From Bryobacterales bacterium (GTDB lineage Bacteria; Acidobacteriota; Terriglobia; Bryobacterales; UBA6623): a DNA stretch of 64,000 nucleotides. Where the stretch lies: NCBI GenBank assembly GCA_965216545.1, contig OZ244172.1, positions 5,473,625-5,537,624 on the forward strand, given 5' to 3'. The notes beneath the pieces were generated by a model. The model was not told the DNA's origin. It saw only the letters and a program-made list of their open reading frames with translations, and did no database searches. The translations under genes were made by a program, and so were the position numbers. Below, one piece after another: positions 17,616-27,528 of the stretch (positions are counted from its first letter, which is position 1; each line of letters begins with the position of its first letter).

Positions 17616-18818
17616 CTAGCTCGCCAGGCGACTGCGCACGAGCTCTTCGTTGAGCTCGTAGCCCAATCCAGGCGTGTCGGGCACGCGCAGCATGCCGCCA
17701 GGGCCCAGCGGCTCGGGCGGCACGGTCATCTCCGCTCGCCAATCCAGCGCGTCGCCGTGCGAGTACTCAAGGATGGAGTAATTGGGGATCGTCACGCAGA
17801 CTTGCGCGGCGGCCATGTTGCCGATGGGGCTTGCCGGGCCGTGCGGCGCGACGTCGTGGCCGCCGGCCTCGGCCATCACCGAGATCTTCTTCAGCTCGGC
17901 CATGCCGCCGCAATACTTCACGTCCGGCATCATGATGTCGCAAGCGTCCGCTTTGAGGTACTGCCAGAACTGTTGCACGCCAAAGAGGCTCTCGCCGCCG
18001 GCGGTCGGCATGGGCGCTTGGGCGCTGAGCGCCGCCCAGGTTTCGAGCGGCCGGCTGACTTCCTCGAGCCAAAACAGCTTCAGAGGCTCGAGTCTCCTGA
18101 ACAAGTCCAGCCCGCTCGCGAGGTCGAAATTGTTGTGCGCGTCAACGAGCAGGTCGCCCTCGGGCCCGAGCACCTCGCGCACCGCCGCGATGCAGTCCAC
18201 GCCGAGTTGGGTGTGGGCTTCCTTCTCCGCCGCTGAGCCCTGCCGCGGGAAGCCGTCGAAAGAGGCCATCTTGATGGCGTCGAAGCCGTGCTCGACCGCG
18301 TTGCGGGCCACCTCCGCAAAGCCCTCGGGCGTGCGCACGTCGGTCGAGCGATTGATGTTGGCGTAGTTGCGCACCTCGTCCCGCAGCTTGCCGCCGAACA
18401 GCGCCCAACACGGTACGTCCAGCAGCTTGCCTTGGATGTCGTAGCAGGCTTGCTCGATGGCGCTCAGCGCACAGCTCACCGCCCGCCGTCCTTCCGGAAA
18501 CTCGGCGTGTGCGTGTGCGCGGAACCATTCGAGCTCAAAGACCCCGCGGCCCTCGAGCAGCGTCGCGTACTCTTCCACCTTGGCGTAGGCCGGATCGTCG
18601 CGGCCCGAGTGCGAGGCGTCGCCCAGGCCGCTGACGCCGGCGTCGGTCTGCAGCCGAATCACCAGCCATGGCCCGCGGTTGTTCACCTCGATGCGAAATA
18701 GCTCGACCCCGGTGATCTTGACCCCCAGCGCCGCCTTGTCGGGCTCGGGCGCCGGCGCGCATGAAGCCAACGTGGCCGCGCCGGCGGCGGCGGTCGAGAG
18801 AAATCTGCGGCGGTGCAT
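17616..18818 (-). CDS. enolase-superfamily (mandelate racemase/muconate lactonizing) enzyme with Tat signal
   Basis: 400 aa. MHRRRFLSTAAAGAATLASCAP twin-arginine signal; MR/MLE-like VDAHNNFD, LFWLEE, PDVKYCGG. Confidence 0.85.
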   Translation of the reverse strand: MHRRRFLSTAAAGAATLASCAPAPEPDKAALGVKITGVELFRIEVNNRGPWLVIRLQTDAGVSGLGDASHSGRDDPAYAKVEEYATLLEGRGVFELEWFRAHAHAEFPEGRRAVSCALSAIEQACYDIQGKLLDVPCWALFGGKLRDEVRNYANINRSTDVRTPEGFAEVARNAVEHGFDAIKMASFDGFPRQGSAAEKEAHTQLGVDCIAAVREVLGPEGDLLVDAHNNFDLASGLDLFRRLEPLKLFWLEEVSRPLETWAALSAQAPMPTAGGESLFGVQQFWQYLKADACDIMMPDVKYCGGMAELKKISVMAEAGGHDVAPHGPASPIGNMAAAQVCVTIPNYSILEYSHGDALDWRAEMTVPPEPLGPGGMLRVPDTPGLGYELNEELVRSRLAS

Positions 18819-18837
18819 CAGCGTTATTGTACGGAAG

Positions 18838-19620
18838 CTACAGGCGCACCAGCTCGTCGGGGTCGTAGTGGCGTCGCGCGCCCTCCACCAGCTCGGCTTC
18901 GCGGTCCCGCCGTTTGTGCAGCCCCGGCAGCTTGGCCTTATCCCAAAGCCGCTTCATCGAGCGGATCTGAAAAGCGATCCCGGAGAGGTCCTGGGCGGGG
19001 ACGAGCGAGCGAATGGCCTTCATCTCGCGGCGCCGCGAGCCCGTCATCGAACCGCCGCGGTTGAACACCAGCGAGAGCAGCATCGACTGTGCGTCGTGCG
19101 GCAACTCTTCGACTCCAGGGAAGGCCCGCTTGGTGCGGGCGGCGAAGTGCGTGAGAGTGCGGCGGAAGAATACCTCTTGCGCCGGCTCGAGTGGAACGAC
19201 GACGTTCTTGACCCGCTTCACGGCGCGCTTCGCTCGTTCTCCGGTCAGGCCCTGCACCTTAAGCAGCCGCTCCAGGTCGTCGTCGCGGATGCGCCCGCGC
19301 CAATCTTGCTCGATGCGGCTGGCAGGCGTGTGGCCCAGGTCGTAGCCGATGCCGATGGTCACCCCGCTCGCCGCACCCGGCCATATCGGGTTCTGAAGCT
19401 TCTTGCGGTAGTGCGCCTCGGAGCTGATCTCGAAGCGTACGATCGCGTCCAGGCCTTTCGCCGAGGCCACCAAGCTGTGCTCCGGCGGCGGCCCCTCGCC
19501 CGGCATCGCGATGGCGACGAGCTCCTCGATGCGCGTCATCGTCACCGGCCCCAACATCCCGTCCGCCTCGACTCCGATGCGCTTCTGGAGCTGCTTCAGC
19601 CGGGTGGTCACGCTTGGCAT
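18838..19620 (-). CDS. peptidoglycan-binding domain + pesticin/T4-lysozyme-like muramidase
   Basis: 260 aa. PG_binding_1-like LQKRIGVEADGMLGPVT, then lysozyme-like FEISSEAHYRKKLQNPIWPGAASGVTIGIGYDLGH and LLSLVFNRG. Confidence 0.65.
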   Translation of the reverse strand: MPSVTTRLKQLQKRIGVEADGMLGPVTMTRIEELVAIAMPGEGPPPEHSLVASAKGLDAIVRFEISSEAHYRKKLQNPIWPGAASGVTIGIGYDLGHTPASRIEQDWRGRIRDDDLERLLKVQGLTGERAKRAVKRVKNVVVPLEPAQEVFFRRTLTHFAARTKRAFPGVEELPHDAQSMLLSLVFNRGGSMTGSRRREMKAIRSLVPAQDLSGIAFQIRSMKRLWDKAKLPGLHKRRDREAELVEGARRHYDPDELVRL

Positions 19621-19775
19621 GCTCTGGCGAGATTATCACGGAAATGACCCGTCAGCGCGGAGAAATGTCATGGGATATCCTAGTCCGATGCCAGGAGCCC
19701 CCTAAGAGCATTCGATGAGGCGAATGTAACCGCCGGGCTATGGCCTTTCTGGGGCGATCAGGCTGAACATGGAAC

Positions 19776-20921
19776 TTGCACGGGCGTACGGGATCTCCCG
19801 GCGCCCAGGCGATGCGATCCGTGTCTTCCCAGGCCGCCTGCTTGCCCTCGAACGCCGCCGTCGTCGCCCCATCCGACGGCCGGGGGAGGCTGCGCCTCGA
19901 CCAGTTCCTTGCGCTTCGGACGCTGCACGCGGCACGCTGGGCGGGGCCGCTGTTCTTCGTGTTTTTCGCCGCGTGCGCACTGGGGCCCATCCGGTCGATG
20001 CCGGCTCGCGGGGCGATGGTTCTTGCCCCGCTGGCGATCGTTGCGGCGGTCACTGCCCTAGCGGTCTCGGTGGTCTCGATGCACCCTCGGCTCGGGCCGC
20101 GTGCCGGGCGTGCCGCCTTGGTTGCGCTGGCGCTGACCGCCGGCATCGGCTTTCTGACCCATCTAGCCCTCAGCGGCCGAGCCGACGCCACGACTTTCAT
20201 CGCGATGATGGCCGTCGGCGCCGGGCTGTTCTTCAAGCACCGCCCGGAAGCCTATGGCATGGTGGCGCTCTACTCGGCGGGGTGGCTCGCAATTGCCCTG
20301 CAGCACGGCGGAGAGCCGGGTTGGGTGCGCGAGGGGTGCGTTCTGCTGCTGGCGGACATCTTCTTCGTGGTCGCGTTCGAGTCCCAGAGACTGGGCTATC
20401 GCGAGCTTCTCTCCCAGCGCAACGAGCTGCTCCAGCGAGCCCGCATGGACGAGCTGACGCGACTGCCCAATCGCAGCGCGGCGATCGAAGGAATCGAGAG
20501 AGCGCTGGCTCGCGCCGAGCGCAAAGCCGATTACGAATTCGGCCTGTGCTTCCTCGACATTGACCGCTTCAAGCGCGTCAACGACCAGCACGGGCACACC
20601 ACCGGCGACCGAGTGCTGTGCGCGGTGGCGGACCGCCTGCGTGAGCTCTGCCGCAAGAATGACGCTCCGGCGCGGCTGGCTGGCGACGAGCTCCTCGTCG
20701 TTCTCGACGATGTCGCGTCGACGGAGAAGCTCGAGCAGGCGGTGAGACGAATCCGCGAGGGGTTGCGGCTCGAAGTCGGCGACGATGTGATCACGGTCAG
20801 CGCCGGAGGCGTTTGGTCCGGCGACGGCTACCGGACCGCGCACGACATGCTGGTCGCGGCCGACGCTGCGATGTACGAAGACAAGCGGCGGCTCAGTGAG
20901 CCGGTCGCCCAATCCGCATAA
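19776..20921 (+). CDS. membrane-anchored GGDEF-domain protein with degenerate A-site (AGDEL)
   Basis: 381 aa (start uncertain). Several TM segments, then DELTRLPNR...FLDIDRFKRVNDQHGHTTGD...RKNDAPARLAGDELLVV. Confidence 0.8.
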   Translation: MHGRTGSPGAQAMRSVSSQAACLPSNAAVVAPSDGRGRLRLDQFLALRTLHAARWAGPLFFVFFAACALGPIRSMPARGAMVLAPLAIVAAVTALAVSVVSMHPRLGPRAGRAALVALALTAGIGFLTHLALSGRADATTFIAMMAVGAGLFFKHRPEAYGMVALYSAGWLAIALQHGGEPGWVREGCVLLLADIFFVVAFESQRLGYRELLSQRNELLQRARMDELTRLPNRSAAIEGIERALARAERKADYEFGLCFLDIDRFKRVNDQHGHTTGDRVLCAVADRLRELCRKNDAPARLAGDELLVVLDDVASTEKLEQAVRRIREGLRLEVGDDVITVSAGGVWSGDGYRTAHDMLVAADAAMYEDKRRLSEPVAQSA

Positions 20922-20985
20922 AGATCGCCAAAAGACCCAGCCGGCAAGGCGTCGACTCCAGGGCGCCGCGCCTACACTCGTTTTC

Positions 20986-21303
20986 ATGGGCGGCTCGCGT
21001 CTCTTGCTCGCGTTTCTGCTGGCGCTTGCGGCCGCCGGGTGCGGGCGTCCGCCGGACGAGGCCGCCGCGGCCGCTCACGAGGAGATGCAGCAAGCCGTCG
21101 CCGAGTTGCGCGCGCAGGTTGCGGCTCTCGAGCGCAAGGTCGCGCGCCTGGAGCAGGAGTTGGCCGAGCACGAGCAGCAGGCGAGCACGGCGGGATCCGC
21201 AGTTGCGGCCGCCCGCCGTTGCGAAGGCACGACCGGCGCCGGCGCGCGTTGCTCGCGCTCGGTTCGGGAAGGCGAGCGCTACTGCTGGCAGCACGCCGAC
21301 TAG
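20986..21303 (+). CDS. putative lipoprotein with coiled coil and C-terminal Cys/His knuckle
   Basis: Start reset to MGGSRLLLAFLLALAAAGC (lipobox-like AAGC). Helix AELRAQVAALERKVARLEQELAEHEQQ. C-terminus CEGTTGAGARCSRSVREGERYCWQH. Confidence 0.5.
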   Translation: MGGSRLLLAFLLALAAAGCGRPPDEAAAAAHEEMQQAVAELRAQVAALERKVARLEQELAEHEQQASTAGSAVAAARRCEGTTGAGARCSRSVREGERYCWQHAD

Positions 21304-21347
21304 CCGCGAAGCCAAACGCCGCCCGGCCATCGTGCACGACGCGCGCC

Positions 21348-22127
21348 TCAGTTCACGTAGCCGCCGGGGCCGTCGCCCTTGTTGCGCTTGCGCATGTAGA
21401 CTTCAAACTTCTTCTGGGCCCGGCGCAGCTTCCACTGGCGGTAGCTCGCGCCCCAATCGATGTCGAGGAACGCCGGCCGGCGCTTGAGGTAGATCCACGC
21501 GAAGACCATGCCGCCGAGATGCGCGATGTGGCTGACGTTCGACTGGCTCGACCCGAAGGTCGACATGAACTGGATGCCCCCGAGGATCGCCACGAACACC
21601 CGCGCCGGAATCGGAAAGATCAGCGCGAACAGCACCGTGCGGTTCGGGTAGAGCATCCCGAACGCCAGCAGGATGCCGTAGACCGCTCCCGAGTTGCCGA
21701 TCGTCGGGATATCCACTCCGCCCAGGAAAAAGCGCGCCGCCACGTCGCACAGCCCCGCGCCTACCCCACAAAAGAAGTAGAACTCCAGGAAGCGCCGCTT
21801 GCCCCAATCGCGCTCGAGATCCTGCCCGAACATCCACAACATCAACATGTTGAACAAGATGTGCCCGAAGCCGTAAGGGCTATGGATGAACAGATAGGTA
21901 AACGGCTGCCACAACGCGCCCTTGATCAGCCAGGACGGGATCAGGCTGAAGAATCGAAACACGCTCAGTAACGGCTCGATCCGGAACTGCGTCGCGAAGA
22001 AGTAGACGACGAAGATGGCGGTGTTGATGATGAGCAGCCGCTTGATGATCGGCGGGACGAGGCCGCCAAAGTGCATCGTCGAGCGGCCGAAGCCGCCCCC
22101 GCCGCCGAACCGGGAATACGTAGCCAT
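21348..22127 (-). CDS. rhomboid-family intramembrane serine protease
   Basis: 259 aa, polytopic. Catalytic GNSGAVYGILLAFG and HIAHLGGMVFAW. Confidence 0.9.
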   Translation of the reverse strand: MATYSRFGGGGGFGRSTMHFGGLVPPIIKRLLIINTAIFVVYFFATQFRIEPLLSVFRFFSLIPSWLIKGALWQPFTYLFIHSPYGFGHILFNMLMLWMFGQDLERDWGKRRFLEFYFFCGVGAGLCDVAARFFLGGVDIPTIGNSGAVYGILLAFGMLYPNRTVLFALIFPIPARVFVAILGGIQFMSTFGSSQSNVSHIAHLGGMVFAWIYLKRRPAFLDIDWGASYRQWKLRRAQKKFEVYMRKRNKGDGPGGYVN

Positions 22128-22187
22128 CGAGTAAGCGAAAAGCTCGTACCGAGTCTAGCAAGTTCCCCATTTGCCGCCCTCGTGACG

Positions 22188-22886
22188 ATGAGTATCTTGA
22201 AGGGAAGAGGAACCGAACTGCGCATGCGGCGAAGCAGAACACGCGCCCACTCGACCGGCCTGCTCGGCCAGCTCGTCGACCGGGCGGCTGGCAAGGGCCA
22301 AGCACTGATCTCAGCCGGTGAAGAGCTGCCGGTGGTGCTGGCGCGCTACCCGCGCGGCCGCGGCAAGCTCGTCGAGTCGTTGCAGGACGCGGTGACGCGG
22401 ACCTTTCCCTCGCTGCCGGCCGCCCTCCGCTCCGCCTACCGGGAGACGTTGGCGCGCGCGACTCCGGTCGTGATCGCCGATCTGAGGCGGCGAAACCTCT
22501 GCGATTGCCTTGGCCACCACCACCCTCCCGCGGCGCACAGCAGCTTTGCGCGCGCGTTCGCGAAGGAAACCGGTCGCCGCGTAGGAGAGATCGATCTTGC
22601 GATCGACTCCATCCGCGATTGGAAGCCGCTGCCGCTCTCCGGGCTGGCCGTCGAGGCTTGGGTGCCCGAATGCGACCCGGTCTCCCAGAACGAGCTCGCT
22701 TCGACTCGCTTCCACACCGCCCTGTTGTCTGTCTTCCTCCACGAGCTCGAGCACCTGGCGTTCCCCGAGCGCTCTGAAGACGAGGTGCGTCGCCGCAGCG
22801 ACGCGTTCTACGTCGACGCCTTGCGAGCGCAGATCGCCGACAGCTTCGGCCTGGAATTCGGCATCGCCGCCGAAATGGCCGCCTAG
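22188..22886 (+). CDS. hypothetical protein with HExxH metalloprotease-like motif
   Basis: Start reset to the ATG at 22188 to avoid overlap with the rhomboid gene. FLHELEHLAFPERSEDE near the C-terminus. No other recognisable domain. Confidence 0.45.
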   Translation: MSILKGRGTELRMRRSRTRAHSTGLLGQLVDRAAGKGQALISAGEELPVVLARYPRGRGKLVESLQDAVTRTFPSLPAALRSAYRETLARATPVVIADLRRRNLCDCLGHHHPPAAHSSFARAFAKETGRRVGEIDLAIDSIRDWKPLPLSGLAVEAWVPECDPVSQNELASTRFHTALLSVFLHELEHLAFPERSEDEVRRRSDAFYVDALRAQIADSFGLEFGIAAEMAA

Positions 22887-22905
22887 CGATGATGCGCCTC
22901 TTTCC

Positions 22906-22982
22906 GAGCTCCGGCAGCAATGCCGGGGTGCGATGTTTGTACAACTGTTGAGACATGCACCCGGGCATGGCTGCCCGAGCTC
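22906..22982. repeat. composite palindromic (REP-like) element, copy A
   Basis: gagctccggcagcaatgccggggtgcgatg - tttgtacaactgttgaga - catgcacccgggcatggctgcccgagctc. Two inverted hairpin units around an ~18-nt spacer, in a convergent intergenic gap. Confidence 0.7.
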
Positions 22983-23025
22983 AAATCTCCCATGTCGCCG
23001 TCGCCAATTCCCGGCGCAAATACCC

Positions 23026-24483
23026 CTATCCCAGAACCGGCTTGATCAACTCGCCGTGCACGTCGGTGAGCCGAAAATCGCGGCCCTGGTAGCGGAACGT
23101 GAGTCGCTTGTGGTCGATGCCCAAGGTGTGCAGCATCGTCGCGTGCAGGTCGTGGACCGCCACCGGATTCTCGACGATGTTGTAGCTGAATTCGTCCGTC
23201 TCGCCGTAGGCGACGCCGGGTTTCACGCCGCCGCCAGCCATCCAGATGGTGAAGCAGCGCGGATGATGATCGCGGCCGTAGTCATCTTCGGTCAGCCGGC
23301 CTTGGCAGTAGACCGTGCGCCCGAACTCGCCGCCCCAGACGACGAGGGTGTCCTCGAGCATGCCGCGGCGGGCGAGGTCTTCGACCAGCGCCGCGGAGGC
23401 CTGATCCGTGTCCGCGCACTGCTTGCGGATGTCCGCGGGCAGCTTGGTGTGCTGATCCCAGCCGCGGTGGAAGAGCTGGATAAAGCGCACGCCACGCTCA
23501 GCTAACCGCCGAGCTACAAGACAGTTGCGCGCGTAAGTTCCAGGCTTGCGTGCATCTTCGCCGTAGAGCTTCCAGGTCGACTCCGGCTCGTCGTCGAGGT
23601 TGGTCAGCTCGGGCACCGAGGCCTGCATGCGGAACGCCATCTCGTACTGCGAGATGCGGGTCGCAATTTCGGGATCGCCGTACTCTTCCAGCCGCATTTC
23701 GTTGAGCTTGCCCAGGTCGTCGAGGAAGCGGCGGCGATCGTCGCGGCCAAACCCGCTGGGGTTCGAGAGATAAAGCACGGGATCGCTGCCCGAGCGGAAT
23801 TTGACGCCCTGGTAGCGGCTGGGCAGCCAGCCCGAGCCCCACAGCCGGTCATAGAGCGGCTGGCCTTTCGTGCCCGAAACCATTACGACGAAGGCCGGCA
23901 GATCGTCGTTCTCGCGGCCCAAGCCGTAGTCGAGCCAGGCGCCGATCGAGGGCCGCCCGGCGAGCTGGAATCCGGTCTGGAAGAAGGTGATCGCCGGGTC
24001 GTGGTTGATCTGCTCGGTGTGCATCGTCTTGATGAACGTGAGCCGATCGACGATCTTGGCCGTGTGGGGCAGTAGTTCGCTCACCCAGGCGCCAGACTGG
24101 CCGTGCTGTCGGAACTCGAACAGCGACGGGACCATCGGAAAGCTTTCCTGGGTAGCCGTCATCGCGGTCAGGCGCTGGCCTTGGCGGATGGAGGCGGGCA
24201 GATCCTCGCCGCGTACCTTCGAGACGTAGGGCTTGTAGTCGAATAGATCGAGCTGCGACGGCGCTCCGGATTGGAACAGGACGATGACGCGTTTGGCCGT
24301 GGGCGGGAAGTGCGGCGGAGCCGCGGAACCTTCGACCGGCGCGGCCGGCAGGTCGCGGCCAAGCAAGTTTGCCAGAGCCGCGACGCCGGCGGCGGAGCGG
24401 CCGAGGAAGCCCCGGCGGTCGAAGCGCCGCGCGCTCTTGTCCCTTGTCCCTTGTCCCTCGTCCCTCGGTCCCTCGTCCCTCAT
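23026..24483 (-). CDS. DUF1501 (sulfatase-fold) protein with Tat signal
   Basis: 485 aa. [28 protein letters not shown] overlap with the upstream PSD1 gene. Family-typical [10 protein letters not shown]...[17 protein letters not shown]. Confidence 0.9.
   Translation of the reverse strand: MRDEGPRDEGQGTRDKSARRFDRRGFLGRSAAGVAALANLLGRDLPAAPVEGSAAPPHFPPTAKRVIVLFQSGAPSQLDLFDYKPYVSKVRGEDLPASIRQGQRLTAMTATQESFPMVPSLFEFRQHGQSGAWVSELLPHTAKIVDRLTFIKTMHTEQINHDPAITFFQTGFQLAGRPSIGAWLDYGLGRENDDLPAFVVMVSGTKGQPLYDRLWGSGWLPSRYQGVKFRSGSDPVLYLSNPSGFGRDDRRRFLDDLGKLNEMRLEEYGDPEIATRISQYEMAFRMQASVPELTNLDDEPESTWKLYGEDARKPGTYARNCLVARRLAERGVRFIQLFHRGWDQHTKLPADIRKQCADTDQASAALVEDLARRGMLEDTLVVWGGEFGRTVYCQGRLTEDDYGRDHHPRCFTIWMAGGGVKPGVAYGETDEFSYNIVENPVAVHDLHATMLHTLGIDHKRLTFRYQGRDFRLTDVHGELIKPVLG
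24438..24480 (-). repeat. tandem heptamer / G-tract array at the 5' end of the DUF1501 ORF
   Basis: Coding strand immediately after the ATG: AGGGACG AGGGACCG AGGGACG AGGGACA AGGGACA AGGGACA. Six GGG tracts with 4-5 nt spacers. Confidence 0.85.
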
Positions 24484-27400
24484 TCCTTTGTCACGACCTC
24501 GTCCATATTGAGAATCAGGCTCGCGACGGCGGTGTGCGCCGCGTGCTCGGCCGCGTCGAGCGATTCGTCGCGCTTGGACTCGCCTTCGCTGAGTAGGGCG
24601 ATAGCCTCGTCCGGCGCGGCGGCGTAGCGTTCGCGGTAGTGATCCAGGCTCGCACCGAGCACGGCGCGCTCATCCGGGCTCGGCAGCCGTGCGGTGGCGG
24701 AGCGGAATGCGAACCCAATCGGGTCTCCGGCGCCTTCTCTCAACATGCGCTCGGCAAGCTTCCGCGCCGCTTCGACGTAGGTCACGTCGTTCATCAGGTT
24801 GAGCGCTTGTAGCGGCGTGTTCGTGCGCGTCTGCTGCACCACGCAGGCTTCGCGGCCGGCCGAGTCGAAGTTCATCATGAACGGCGGCGGCGCCGAGCGC
24901 TTCCAGAAAGTGTAGAGGCTGCGGCGGTAGAGCTTGTCGCCGTGGTCCTGGTCGTAGCGCTGGCTGTTCATCTCCTTCCACAGCCCCTCGGGTTGATAGG
25001 GGCGCACCGAGGGGCCGCCGACCTTCTCGACCAGTAGGCCCGAGAGCGCCAGCGCTTGGTCGCGCACCATCTCCGCTGGCAGCCGGACGCGCGGGCCTCG
25101 AGCGAGCAGCGCGTTGTCAGGGTCGCGCGCGAGCAGCGTTTCCTCAGCCGCGGACGACTGGCGGTAGGTCGAAGACGTCACGATCGTCTTGACGAGCCTC
25201 TTGAGGTTCCAGCCCGACTCGCGCAAATCGACCGCCAGCCAGTCGAGAACCTCCGGCTGCGTCGGCCACTCGCCCTGCGAGCCGAAGTCCTCGACGGTCT
25301 TGACCAGGCCGCGCCCGAAGAACATCTGCCAAACGCGGTTGACGGCCACGCGGCTGGTGAGCGGATGCTCGTCCGAGACGAGCCACCTCGCGAAGCCCAG
25401 ACGGTTGTTCGGGACGCCTTCGGGCAGCGGCGGCAGGATGGCGGGCACGGCGCGCTCGACGACCTCGGCCGGCGCGTCGTAGACGCCGCGGTCGAGCCGG
25501 TGCGTCACCCGCGGCTCAGGCGTCTCTTCCATCACCATCACCGTGGGGAAGCTGCGGGTGAGGGCTTCGCGTTGCTCGCGCAGGTCTTCCAGGGCCTTCC
25601 GAGCGGCGATCAGCTCCGGGGGGCCAAGCTTGCTCTGGTAGGCCCAAGTCAGCTTGTCGTGCTGGGCGCGGCCGCGCGGGCCGTGCTCCGCGATGTGCGC
25701 GACCGGCTCGGGCGTAGCCAGCACGGCGATCTGGGCGCGCGAAAGAACGTCGGTGTAGATGCGGACCTCGTCGATCTTGCCCGTGAACGCCTTGCCGATG
25801 CCGCCGCCCGCGCCGATGCGAATCGGCGTCTTGCCCTTGGTGTCTTGGTTGATCGAGTCGAGATCGACGTCCAGCTCGACGGGTCTGCCGTCCACGTAGA
25901 ACTGCACGCCGGTGGCAAAGCGCGAAGCGTCATAGCTCACCGCCACGTGATGCCACTGGTTCAGCGGAATCCGTTGCTTGGTCGCGACGCGCAAGGAGTC
26001 ATCGAGCCAGCGTTGCACCATCAGCAGCTTCAACTTGCCGTCGATCAAATAGAGACCCCAGCCTCCGAAACCGTTGCCCTGGTCGTCGGCGTCGGGATCC
26101 GTCTTGGCGACGATGGCTCCGTTGGGGTCTTCGGCGTAGATCCACGCCGCGATGGTGAAGCGGTCGTCGTAGTTGGGGTTGGGCTCTTCGCCGGCCTCGA
26201 CGCCCTTCGTTCCATCGAAGCTCCGCCCGCCGCCCACCTTGCCGGAAGTCCCGCCGTCATCCAGGCTTACGTGTAGGGCCAGGTCGCGATCGGGATACCA
26301 GTCAGCCCCGGCCGGCAGGCCCCGCCTATTCAGAGGATGCTGCCGGCGGGCGGCTTCGAGCTTCTGCTCAGCCGCCGCGATCTTCGCCTCCAGCCGCTCG
26401 AGCTCGGCCTGCTGCTCGCGCGTCGGCGCGGGAATCATCGGCGGCGTGTTGCCGTACTTGAATACGCGTCCCCGCTCAGGGATTGAATTGAAATAGGCCG
26501 AGAGCTGGTAGAACTCCTTCTGCGTAAACGGGTCGTACTTGTGGTCGTGGCAGCGCGTACAGCCGAGCGTCAGGCCCATCCAAACCGTCGCGGTCGTCTC
26601 CACGCGGTCGACGATGTATTCGACGCGATACTCCTCGGGCACAATGCCGCCCTCGGAGTTCGCGCGGTGGTTGCGGTTGAACCCCGTCGCGATCACCTGC
26701 TCCATCGTCGGGTTGGGCAGCAGGTCGCCGGCGAGCTGCTCGATCGTGAAGCGGTCGAACGGCATGTTCGCGTTGAAGGCCTCGATCACCCAGTCGCGCC
26801 AGCGATACATATCGCGCGCTGCGTCGGTCTGGTAGCCGTTGGTATCGGCATAGCGGGCGGCGTCGAGCCAGCGGATGGCCATGCGCTCGCCGTAGCGGGG
26901 CGAGGCGAGCAGCCGGTCGACGACTCTCTCGTAAGCCGCGGGCGAATCGTCGGCGAGGAAGGCGTCGATCTCGTCGAGCGTGGGCGGGATGCCGGTGATG
27001 TCGAGCGTCACGCGCCGGATGACCTTTTCTTTGGAAGCCAGCGGCGAAGGCTCGAGGCTTTCGGCTTGGAGGCGGGTCAACACGAAGCGATCGATCGCGT
27101 TGCGCGCCCATCCACGCGGGTCGTCGAGCTCGAGCTCGGCCTTGCGCGGCGGGATGAAGGCCCAGTGGCCTTCGTAGGCGGCGCCTTGCTCGATCCAGCG
27201 CTCGAGCAGGTCGATCTGCCGGTCGCTGAGGCGCGCTTTGCCGGAGTAGGCCGGCGGCATGCGCAGCGCGTCGTTCTGGTGGCGAACGCGCGCCACGATC
27301 TTGCTCAGCTCGAAATCCGCGCCCGGTTTGGCGTCGAGCCGCAAGCCGCTCACGCGCTTGCTCTCGTCCGGCCCGTGGCAGGCGTAGCAGTTGTCGGAGA

Positions 27401-27512
27401 GGATGGGGCGGATATCGCGGTTGAATTCGACGGTTGCGAGCAACGCGTCCGCCTCCGCCGCGAGGGTGGGCAGGGCGATGAGGACCAGCGAAAACAGACG
27501 CGATTTCAACAC
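24480..27512 (-). CDS. PSCyt/DUF1549/LamG/DUF1553 (PSD1-type) protein
   Basis: Start reset to the GTG at 27512 (or TTG 27509), giving signal peptide (M)[20 protein letters not shown]. Heme motif [11 protein letters not shown]; [11 protein letters not shown]; internal LamG-like [11 protein letters not shown]. Confidence 0.9.
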   Translation of the reverse strand: MLKSRLFSLVLIALPTLAAEADALLATVEFNRDIRPILSDNCYACHGPDESKRVSGLRLDAKPGADFELSKIVARVRHQNDALRMPPAYSGKARLSDRQIDLLERWIEQGAAYEGHWAFIPPRKAELELDDPRGWARNAIDRFVLTRLQAESLEPSPLASKEKVIRRVTLDITGIPPTLDEIDAFLADDSPAAYERVVDRLLASPRYGERMAIRWLDAARYADTNGYQTDAARDMYRWRDWVIEAFNANMPFDRFTIEQLAGDLLPNPTMEQVIATGFNRNHRANSEGGIVPEEYRVEYIVDRVETTATVWMGLTLGCTRCHDHKYDPFTQKEFYQLSAYFNSIPERGRVFKYGNTPPMIPAPTREQQAELERLEAKIAAAEQKLEAARRQHPLNRRGLPAGADWYPDRDLALHVSLDDGGTSGKVGGGRSFDGTKGVEAGEEPNPNYDDRFTIAAWIYAEDPNGAIVAKTDPDADDQGNGFGGWGLYLIDGKLKLLMVQRWLDDSLRVATKQRIPLNQWHHVAVSYDASRFATGVQFYVDGRPVELDVDLDSINQDTKGKTPIRIGAGGGIGKAFTGKIDEVRIYTDVLSRAQIAVLATPEPVAHIAEHGPRGRAQHDKLTWAYQSKLGPPELIAARKALEDLREQREALTRSFPTVMVMEETPEPRVTHRLDRGVYDAPAEVVERAVPAILPPLPEGVPNNRLGFARWLVSDEHPLTSRVAVNRVWQMFFGRGLVKTVEDFGSQGEWPTQPEVLDWLAVDLRESGWNLKRLVKTIVTSSTYRQSSAAEETLLARDPDNALLARGPRVRLPAEMVRDQALALSGLLVEKVGGPSVRPYQPEGLWKEMNSQRYDQDHGDKLYRRSLYTFWKRSAPPPFMMNFDSAGREACVVQQTRTNTPLQALNLMNDVTYVEAARKLAERMLREGAGDPIGFAFRSATARLPSPDERAVLGASLDHYRERYAAAPDEAIALLSEGESKRDESLDAAEHAAHTAVASLILNMDEVVTKE

Positions 27513-27528
27513 GTTGCAGCTTGGGATT

